Source of the DNA: Vicugna vicugna
Lineage: Eukaryota
Direction of reading: 5' to 3'
DNA length: 64,000 nucleotides
Assembly: GCA_013265495.1 (NCBI GenBank)
Contig: MU058444.1
Span: forward strand, 496,001 to 560,000
Made by a program: the position numbers and the translations under genes. A model generated the notes under the pieces. That model had not been told where the DNA came from and ran no database searches. It worked only from the letters and a program-made list of their open reading frames with translations. Positions 54,662 through 64,000 of the stretch are shown here, in pieces. Each line of letters starts with the position of its first letter. The first letter of the stretch is position 1.

Positions 54662-54968
54662 CAATTCGTTCTTGTGTGTATCCCAGCTTCCGTGTGGAAC
54701 ACGGGAAGTGCTGAGTCAGTAGACTGTCAGGATGGAAAGAGGTCTAGTGTCCTACTTAAAAGTGAATTCCAAGCATTCCCTGGTCTTATTCACTGACCTT
54801 GCAGGAGAGGAAAAATGCATATACTGGCAATTCGGAAGCCATCCCATATAATATATAGTCTATCAACGGACCTCTACGTCGGCTCGAACTACCATTTCCT
54901 TGGGTCCAGAATCCACAATGGAGGCAGATACAAACGTCAGCTTACAAGGGGAGATGCTGAGATCTTAA
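54662..54968 (+). pseudogene. Candidate endogenous bornavirus-like matrix (EBLM) fragment, C-terminal half, one frameshift and one internal stop
   Basis: Hand translation: QFVLVCIPASVWNTGSAESVDCQ, then a +1 shift at ~54731, then MERGLVSYLKVNSKHSLVLFTDLAGEEKCIYWQFGSHPI*YIVYQRTSTSARTTISLGPESTMEADTNVSLQGEMLRS*. It is colinear with recalled BoDV-1 M motifs FTIDVEPA, NSLSVYKD, RKYMFLRL and SYRLR...LGPD. Confidence 0.6.
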
Positions 54969-54990
54969 AAAATAAATCGAGTAACAATCA
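54965..54990 (+). terminator. Bornavirus-like gene-end / gene-start junction TTAAAAAA-TAA-ATCGAGTAACAATC
   Basis: The stop codon of the M-like frame is embedded in T(A)6. This resembles the recalled BoDV-1 P/M junction TAAAAAAATCGAATCACC. Confidence 0.45.
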
Positions 54991-55001
54991 TTTTTATCTC
55001 A

Positions 55002-55710
55002 GCATCGCTACTTCGTCAGAACTTCAACAGAAGAGAGCGTACTCAGATTCAGCTCTAGTCACCACTGTGGCCGCTACTACAGAATAAATTGAATAGTTCC
55101 GAACTCAGTGGATCTCACCCACCCATGTAATGGGAAATTCTTTAGCCAGACAGCTGGGCCAAATTGAAATAGCTCATAGTCACTAATCTACCTTGTACCG
55201 GGGACAGTTCCACATGACGGGAGCTGTTGGATGGGGCTGTTAAGTCAATAAATTTCCCCCAGCGGCCTCGCGGCCATGAAATATGTTTTCAAAACTCTGT
55301 GAGAAAATGTCAGACACCGAAGAGGATGAGACCAGATGGAGGCGATTTCCTGTAGCTTAAGGAGGTACAGCCAGGCAGCCTTCGGAACTGATAATGAACT
55401 GAATATTTGCCTGGAGATAGCCTCCGAGTCCTAACAGCAAAGTTTGAAACCAAACGCCTGATCAAGTAACGGAGACTTATTCATCAACAGTTTTCACATC
55501 CAACTGGCAAAGGCCAGGAGACACCATTCTGCATCAGATGGATTTTCCCATAGAGACTCCTCAGAATGAAATGTGAGCTGTTCTGGAATTACCTTTCGAT
55601 CCATTATTGTACCAACTTGTGGTCCTTTTGAGTTCTTCCAGAATATCCTCACGCTCCACATACAGATTTCAAACGCTGGTGGTGCGCTTCAAAGCACGGT
55701 TCTGTTGATA
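55002..55710 (+). pseudogene. Candidate endogenous bornavirus-like L polymerase (EBLL) N-terminal fragment, decayed
   Basis: Reads ASLLRQNFNRRERTQIQL*SPL (55002-55067), then after a frameshift SPTHVMGNSLARQLGQIEIAHSH*STLYRG (55115-55204), and later QLVVLL...STYRFQTLVVRFKARFC. Recalled BoDV-1 L reads ASLLR...NRTDQSLKNPL...PHHVRALGQI...LLFRQ...SLVIA...MTYNHFLAAADTAKSRC. The 3' boundary is uncertain. Confidence 0.68.
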
Positions 55711-56862
55711 ATTAAAGGCAGAGGTGGAAAATAATGAACCGAATTGATTGGACGAATGGACCCCCAGAAGACAAAGAGGCTGAGAAAAATCCATTCACTG
55801 ATGAAAATGAAGATACCAAAGAGACAAAAGGGTTTTTGTTTGTCTGACTGCTTGTGAGTTTGCAAAATATATTGATCGCTTTCTGGTCATTTAATGATCG
55901 AATTAGATACAGGTGATCTTCTGCATTTGCAGGTTCTCCACCTCATCTAAAAAGTGATTGCTAACCTCAGTTATAGAAAATGTTATATAAAATATCCTCT
56001 CATTCTTTATCAATTAATAATTCAACCCATAATATTAGCTACGTCATTTCTCTCTTGAAGCCCTAGAGAAATGTATAAAAAAGATTTTTGGACAGAAGTG
56101 AAGGGGGTCACATTGTTGTTTCATCTGATTTTCCAGGAAATCTTTTTTTTTTTTAATGAGAAATAACATTTCCAGCATGCGTGCCTCTTAAATTTTATTT
56201 TCCTTCTAATTGCTTCAGTAGGGAAAAGAACATGTTTTTGTGTGAGAATGACCATTTAATGAATTTCCTCCACACCGCTGTCACAGAGAACACGAAGGAT
56301 CATGACAGGGGATTTTCTTTGTTGTAGTATTTTTGATCTTTCTTTTCTTCTGAGTTTTCTTAGGCATCTCTCTTCCCTACCAAACTCTCTGTTTGACATT
56401 CAACTTTGACGATTACGTGGGTGACTTTCAGTTTTCTATCTGGTTATTCATGGAGCTGTATGTTTACCGTGACTCTCACCTTTTCCCCCTTATGTCAGCC
56501 ACGTGTTACTGTTACAGAGCAAACACCTCTGTCAAAAGGTGAAGTAGATAACCCTACTGCCTTTTATTCTGGATGGCTTCTTGCTTTGCCACAAACTGCT
56601 ACTTTTTCAACATTTGTTTCTCAAATCACGATGGTTCACTCACATGTAATCATTTATTCATTGGCCAAGTAGGAACAACTTTTTGATACCTCTAAGGAAG
56701 TTTTTTTCTATTGCTCTCTTAATTTATCTAGGTCAGCATTTCCCGTGAGTTTAAACAAAAGTAAAAGTTTCTGTAACCAGTAAATCTGAGAAATGTTAAA
56801 CGAGCTTCATTTTCTTCAGGACTTCTTTTCTCCATCGTGACTCTGCAGATAGCAAAACGTAG

Positions 56863-59086
56863 TTTTTTTTTTTTTTTTTGCAAATCTGTAATCACAAACC
56901 GTTTTCACTCAGGAACTCACTTTAAGAATGAAGATTTAGGTAAATGGGTGTGTGAAAATCGGTGTACAAATCTGAGATTATTTTGCACCCTTTAATTAGA
57001 ACTGGTGGACTTGTGTAGGAAGTTAAGAAAACACGACGTCACTCTCTGATTCATAACTCAGCTGCGTGGATGGTTAACAGAAACAGGATGGGTGCTCCCT
57101 GAATGTCAGTGGACTCTGAAGATTTGGAAACCTTTGTAGAGAACCTAGGATTAACTGGCCACATGGTTTTCTTCTTAAAACTTTTCTATGCCAGCCCAAA
57201 AGGCTTTTTGTTTTTTTCTTTAAAGCAGTTTTCGTGATAACAATGCAATTGTAGTAGTTAGAAAGGGCTCCTCTATTTTGTGGTCAAATAGAAACCATTG
57301 TTATGACTTTACCTTTTTAAAAACTGAATGTGCCCAGCAACCAAATAATAAATCCTAAAATTTTATTTTTGAAAAAAAAAAAGATGGTTCACTCCCTTTT
57401 GTTATAAATTTATCTTTCATCATTGCTAACCTTTTATTAAGAAATAGTTTTCAGATTAAAACATTTAACCTTTTTAAGGCTAGAAATGATTAAGTGGCTT
57501 CCTCAATAGTTTTGAAGGGAGAGATCTGAAATTTCTTTCAGGGTTACAGTTCTGGAAGAATTAAGATCAGAGATTTGGCTTCTCCAAGCTCTACCAGGTT
57601 GTTTTTGTTTATTCAAGTGATGAAATTCTGAGATTTTCTCTTCATTTTTTTTCTTCCTTCTTCCCTTCCCTCCTGCCTTCTTTCCTTCCTCTATATGTAA
57701 TAAGCAATAGACAATTTATCATAAACAGGTTATGTACTATATGTAATAATTTATCGTCAACACAATAAACTTTTTAAAAAAACATTTTTTAAAAAATTAT
57801 CCTATAGAAACAAGATTTGCTTCTTCCTCCAGGATATAATCAGATAGGACTATCTCTTCAAACTTAAGCTTTTATACCCCCCTTTTATCTATTATTAATA
57901 ATAATAATAATAATAATAATAATTTTTTTTTTTTTGCAAATCTGTAATCACAAACCATTTTCACTCAGGAACTCACTTTAAGAATGAAGATTTAGGTAAA
58001 CGGGTGTGTGAAAATCGGTGTACAAATCTGAGATTATTTTGCACCCTTTAATTAGAACTGGTGGACTTGTGTAGGAAGTTAAGAAAACACGACGTCACTC
58101 TCTGATTCATAACTCAGCTGCGTGGATGGTTAACAGAAACAGGATGGGTGCTCCCTGAATGTCAGTGGACTCTGAAGATTTGGAAACCTTTGTAGAGAAC
58201 CTAGGATTAACTGGCCACATGGTTTTCTTCTTAAAACTTTTCTATGCCAGCCCAAAAGGCTTTTTGTTTTTTTCTTTAAAGCAGTTTTCGTGATAACAAT
58301 GCAATTGTAGTAGTTAGAAAGGGCTCCTCTATTTTGTGGTCAAATAGCAACCATTGTTATGACTTTACCTTTTTAAAAACTGAATGTGCCCAGCAACCAA
58401 ATAATAAATCCTAAAATTTTATTTTTGAAAAAAAAAAAGATGGTTCACTCCCTTTTGTTATAAATTTATCTTTCATCATTGCTAACCTTTTATTAAGAAA
58501 TAGTTTTCAGATTAAAACATTTAACCTTTTTAAGGCTAGAAATGATTAAGTGGCTTCCTCAATAGTTTTGAAGGGAGAGATCTGAAATTTCTTTCAGGGT
58601 TACAGTTCTGGAAGAATTAAGATCAGAGATTTGGCTTCTCCAAGCTCTACCAGGTTGTTTTTGTTTATTCAAGTGATGAAATTCTGAGATTTTCTCTTCA
58701 TTTTTTTTCTTCCTTCTTCCCTTCCCTCCTGCCTTCTTTCCTTCCTCTATATGTAATAAGCAATAGACAATTTATCATAAACAGGTTATGTACTATATGT
58801 AATAATTTATCGTCAACACAATAAACTTTTTAAAAAAACATTTTTTAAAAAATTATCCTATAGAAACAAGATTTGCTTCTTCCTCCAGGATATAATCAGA
58901 TAGGACTATCTCTTCAAACTTAAGCTTTTATACCCCCCTTTTATCTATTATTAATAATAATAATAATAATAATAATAATTTTTTTTTTTTTGCAAATCTG
59001 TAATCACAAACCATTTTCACTCAGGAACTCACTTTAAGAATGAAGATTTAGGTAAACGGGTGTGTGAAAATCGGTGTACAAATCTG
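56863..59086. repeat. Tandem duplication, period 1056 bp: two full copies plus a ~95-bp third partial copy
   Basis: caaatctgtaatcacaaacc starts at 56881, 57937 and 58993. By eye the copies differ at only three positions (56901, 56945, and 57292 vs 58348). Confidence 0.97.
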
Positions 59087-60212
59087 TGTACAAATAATTA
59101 TTATTATTATTATTGGCTTTAAGCTTCCTCTTGACCTGGTTGTGTATGTACCAAGGAAGACTGGAACTGAACAGTTCCGGTTTCCTGCATTGCTAAGGGA
59201 CACTTCTTTTCCTGTCCCCTTCCCATTGCTTTCTGTAGGGTTCAGACTCTTACAGAGATTTTTACTTGCTTTAAAACAAACACACACACAAAGAAGACCT
59301 ATTGCCACTTGTATCATAATCAGTGGAATAACTCTAATAAATCACTTAAGCAACTGAACTCTAATAATCAGTTAAGCCCTGGAGCACCTGTTGTTTAGCA
59401 GATACTTGGTGAATACAGAGTGACTGACTCGGCCCCAAGCTGCTGGGAGATGAAGACAATCTGAAGGCTTTCTGCGAACGTGCCTGTGTTTTGTTAACTC
59501 ATGTCGTCCCCAGATACTTAAGAGGGCTGATCATTACCATATTTAGAACCTCTCAGGTAAATTATGCTCCCGTTTTTTTAAAATAAGGTTTTGTTGCGGT
59601 AGAATTTACAATTCTATATCGATTTTCCCTGAAGAGTGTCAAACAACAGAATTTCCAAAGAGAGAGGGTAGCTGTGTTAAAGTAATTTGAAGTCCTATGC
59701 AAAGTAGATACTGCTCAAAGATTAGACAGTTCCTTGTATTTGTTGGCAAGAAAAGAAAAGATGCATTCTTAGGTTTTACTTCAGAGGAGTCTGTGTCTCG
59801 AACCTTCTGGAACTTCCAGTCAAGGTCGGCCTGTGGATAGAACTGACGATGGTGACGACCACACGCCTTTGGCAGAGTTTTGTCTGGTGGCACATGCACC
59901 ACGTGGCGTGCCTGTCCCAGGACACTGTCGACCGTGGTCTCCTCCCTTCCCGCCCAAACAGCTTTGCTCCCACAGCATCCTTAAGATGATCTGGGGGCTA
60001 GTTATCAATACGTACACTGAGGAAATGCAGTCAGAGAAAGGGGCTAGTAATTTTCTTTTCTCTGATGAGCAGTGAGAAGTGGAATCCAGGTGGAATGCAC
60101 TGAGGAAGACACAGTAAACACTGGATCTGTTTTTTATCTATAAATGCTAAGATCGATGTGTTTGGAACACATGTTACAATCTCTAAACATTGGAGAGATT
60201 GTTAAATATTTT

Positions 60213-60452
60213 TTAAAAACATTTTATTGAAGTGTAGTTGATTTACATTGTTAGTTTCAGGTGTACAGCAAAGTGATTCAGTTACACATCTACGTACATA
60301 TATATTTTTTCTTTTCAGATTCTTTTCTATTATATGTTATTAAAGAAACTGAATATAGTTCCCTGTGCTCTACAGTAGGTCCTTGTTGTTTATCTATTTT
60401 ATATACGGTAATGTGTAAATTAGGGGCTGGGGATTAACAGACACACAGTACT
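60213..60452 (-). mobile_element. Short L1 3'UTR insertion with 5' inversion
   Basis: Minus-oriented 3' end (60213-60416) joined to a plus-oriented 36-nt L1 piece (60417-60452). TSD agatt(g/a)ttaaatatttt at 60196-60212 and 60453-60469. Confidence 0.85.
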
Positions 60453-61576
60453 AGATTATTAAATATTTTAAAGTGTGGATGAGATTAGACAGACTTTGCA
60501 TTGTGACACACGTTAAGGTCACAGCAAGATATGTAAGTCTGAAGCTGAGTTATATGAAGAGAATTGGGAACCTTCTCCTCCTCACTCTGTTCCAAGATAA
60601 AATAACTTTAAGTTTATAATTTTGGCAGAGAAAATAATAAATCCAAATGAGAAGGGCAACCAAGAGAGCAACCATGGGAGAGAATGAAGCAGAGAGTTAA
60701 AACTGCTAAATAGACTGTGTTTTTTATTTTTCTTAATTCCATTAATGAAACCAAAGACAACTTGAAACGTTCAGCCTATGGAAGCTGAAATCAGGCTAAT
60801 GAAGGAGGTGATTTTAAATAAATATACAGGAAAAAAAGAAAACAGAATTTAAAATGTATTTTTCTTTATCTCAAAGGCTGCGTGAAATGAACAGTCTGCA
60901 GTAAATTTGTGAATTCAAAATTGGCAAGTCCTTAGAGTTGGGAGAGCTGGTCAGTTTTTAGAGTTCTTCATAATAATGTTCTCATCTGCAAATAGAGATA
61001 TCTAAGTGACATTTAATCTGCTGCAGCCCAGCCATCCAAATCCCAGTGTGTCTTATGGACCTTTAGATATATAATATATATATTTTTTTACCTTACTTTT
61101 CCTTGAAAATAGAAAATGCGTTTGGTGAGAAACAGCTTCGCAGGAGCCGATTGTCACTCATTTTTGTCCAGTAGAGCTGAGAGGCTTAGCATATTTGACC
61201 TGCTCAAAGAAAAGCAAGTATATATGATTTTTATCCCATTGGGTAAGTTCAGAAAAATAGAAGTGTTTTTCTCCATCTGTGGCTAACTGGTTTTCGGGAA
61301 GTTTCAGGCCCTCATGAATCGCGTTTTGTAGAAGGACTGGCCCTTATTCAGAGGGCAGGCCAGTTTCACCTCCCCATTCCAGAAACCATATTCAGGCAGG
61401 AGCGAAGGTCCCTCATTTGTTTGATGTATAACTGAACCCAAAGGGGAACTAAGACAGCCTGGCTCTGCAGAGAGAGCTCTGAAGTACGTATTCTGGTTGC
61501 CACGGCGTGGTTAACCAGTACGCAGTGCATTTGTGAGATCTGAACCTCATCACTGAAATCAGGGGACTGGACTAGA

Positions 61577-61732
61577 CCGGTGCTTCTCAACTGGCGTGAC
61601 TTTGCCCCGGATGTCATCCATTGTCATGACTGGGGAGGGAGTGCCAGCTGGTGGATAGAAGTCGAGGGTGTTGACAAACGCCCTACGGTGTCCAGGACAG
61701 TCCCCCACAACAAGGACTTACCCTGCTCCAGC
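61577..61732. mobile_element. MER20-like DNA transposon
   Basis: ccggtgcttctcaactgg...tgactttgcccc...gtcatgactgggg...aggacagtcccccacaacaaggacttacc. Confidence 0.75.
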
Positions 61733-63852
61733 AATCACTTTCCTGCTTCCTGAGAAGGAGAGAAATGTCATGATAGAATGCAGCGGAATGAACATGGGCT
61801 CCGTGTGATCTTGGGAGGGTCAGTCAACTCTCTGAACTGCAGTTTCATCCTAGAAAGATGGGGCTACCAATCTCATTTCTAATCTTTTTTCATGATGACA
61901 TGAAATAGTCCCCGTGAAAGGGCTCTGGACGCTTTAAAGGGGAAGGAAGTTTTAAATGTTTATTGTCATTAACCTTTTCTTTTAGAATCACTCTTAACTT
62001 TCGAAGAAAGGAGTTGACTTCCTACTAAAGGATCGCCAAAGGCACTCTCCTCTTTCTGCCCACCTTTGTGAGAAATCAGAGAAGCCTTTTTTCTGTGTTA
62101 CTGTCTAACAACATCTTTAACTTAAATTGAGCCTTCCCTCCCCCCCTCCCCGCCCCAAACACATCCAGGTTAGCAATCCAGGATGAGAAACTATATGTAA
62201 AGAGAAGCATTAAACTCAGCATTTTAATGCTCTAGTGCCCACTGTGATTGATTATAAAAAAATTTTTCTTTCTTTTGTCTTGAGTGGGTCTCCATCAAAT
62301 ATCTTTACACTTCCCTAATGTTATCTGCTCTGTGAAACTTGCCCTCAGCCAGCCACAAACTTTAAGCTCTAAATAATCCAAATCCTATCTTCAAAGTTAT
62401 GCTTGAATCATTGAAAATCTTTTTATAGGGAAATTGAAATAGCTAAGCATATGCTACCTTTTTCACATTTCACACGTTCACATTTTTTGGTTCAAATCAA
62501 GATGTGAAATAGATGTGTTGCTTTAAGTATGTCTGTTTTTAAAATGCATATGGATTCTTCAAAATTAGGGCAGATCAACAAGAAGTTATGCCATATGTTC
62601 AAAATTAAGGGACCTAATTCATCTTGGTTTGGTCTTAGTGAAATGTGGATGATTGGAATCTCTTCTTAGTAATTTGGAGTTTCTGTGATAATATGGGTAA
62701 AATGTTGGTAAATCTTTGGCTGGAGGAGGAGTCACTCCTCAAGAAATACATTGTAGCTCTTCTTGACTTTCTGAGCAGAGTGTTGTTTTAAATTCAAGCT
62801 GTAGCAGAAATGCTATAGTTCTGATTGTAAATTGTTCTAAGCTCCAGGCAAGATTAAAAAAAAAAACTGCAAGTAAGTGCTGCATTTAAAATTAAGTGTT
62901 GTTGTACCAAAGAGGTGGGAGGAAGGAGGGAGGATGAAGTTAAAAGCTCCAGTAATTTCACCCCCTGGTGCTCTGAGTCCCCAAAGGCACAGAGGACTGT
63001 GGTGTGGCGAGGGGGCAGTGGGGATCCTGGGGGAGTGGATTTTCACCCTTCCCTGCCAGACCTCAGGAAAGGAGGGAACTTTAAAAAGCCGAGATGGACC
63101 AGAAGAGCCTCAGATGTGCAGGCTTTCATGAAAAGAGCTCATACGCCTTCCAATGCCCTTTGGTGCTGCAAAGGAAACAGCTCTTGCAGTTACACAATTT
63201 GACTTGATGGTGGATGAGAAAGTGGGCTTTTCCTACGGTGGTAAATGCATCTGATAAGGTTATAGCATTACTTTCTGGATGTCTCTGTCCATATTTAATT
63301 CTGCAGGCTCTCTAAGCTCTCTTAATCAGCAAAGCTAGGTTAATTTATTCACTGAATATCTGCCTGGTGCACTTTCTCTAATGGACAAAGAGATTATCTG
63401 CTTTAAAACTTCATGTGTTCTTGAAAGTTTGCACAATCTGATACCCTCCTCAACGCAAATAATCAATTTCTTTTTGAAAGACCAAGCTCCTACCTCCAGC
63501 TGACTTTATTTTGCAAAATTTATTCCAAACATTTGTATATTGAAAAAGACAGTTCTCAAGTAAGTTAAAAGCACTGTGAAGCATTTTATCAGAAATAACT
63601 ATGTTACCTAGCTCACTGGTGGAAACACGTACAAGACGATTTTATGATTTTGGTTCTTTCCTCAAAAACTAGAACCTTATAAGATTCATCTTTTGAATGC
63701 CAAAGCATGGTAAATGGTGTTCATTTTCAGGAATCATTTAGAATAGTCAGCTCCAGAGAAATATGTACCAGCCTCGAGATAATTCATTGAAGGGAGGTAG
63801 GGTGCAAGACATGATAGAAATTTTATTAAGGTTTTTTTTTTTTAACGTAAAA

Positions 63853-64000
63853 CAGGGATTACAGATAATGACCTGTGGTCCAGATCTGGTCTACTCCTTG
63901 CTTCTGTACAGTTTTGTTGGCACACAGCCATGCTCATTCATTTGTCTACTGTCTGAAGTTACTTTCACACTGTCATAGCAGGAGTCATTGGACAGGATTA
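63853..64000. mobile_element. MER58-like DNA transposon (runs off the window end)
   Basis: gacctgtggtccagatctgg...gttttgttggcacacagccatgctcattcatttgtctactgtct. Confidence 0.7.

Noticed and set aside
54815..55087. ORF-track 90-aa ORF containing RYKRQLTRGDAEIL, loosely like the bornavirus N C-terminus (RYRRREISRGEDG)
   Set aside because: Only one short motif matches. The overlapping frame gives several colinear M-like motifs followed by L-like motifs, so M-L is the better reading. A search should still test N.
56863..59086. CRISPR-like or LTR-like reading of the A-B-A-B-A repeat
   Set aside because: This is mammalian DNA, the two B segments are near-identical, and there are no LTR termini, PBS or coding content. 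It is a tandem duplication.
59833..60075. ORF ending FSDEQ, reminiscent of MLIP SLSDEQ
   Set aside because: The rest of the peptide does not resemble the expected downstream exon, and a stop follows immediately. Treated as coincidence.

Overview
Mammalian intronic and exonic DNA, most likely from a camelid: it carries three Vic-1-like tRNA-derived SINEs and cetartiodactyl-type L1 3' ends. The window covers the middle to 3' part of MLIP (muscular LMNA-interacting protein) on the + strand. Seven small phase-0 coding exons splice into QYKTKSSYKAFAAIPTNTLLLEQK...EVYEPNPFSKYLEDNSDFFSEQ. The introns hold a full-length but dead ~6.6 kb LINE-1 (minus strand, 7147-13727) nested in L2 and L3 relics, many older L1/L2/MIR/MER fragments, and a near-perfect 1056-bp tandem duplication (56.9-59.1 kb). 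The most notable signal is missed by the ORF track. At about 54.66-55.71 kb, hand translation across frameshifts and stops resembles the C-terminal half of a bornavirus matrix (M) protein. This is followed by a bornavirus-like T(A)6 gene-end/start junction and then the N-terminus of a bornavirus L polymerase. It is a candidate endogenous bornavirus-like M-L element with no G gene in between. All protein comparisons are against sequences recalled from memory, not database searches. Repeat boundaries are approximate.
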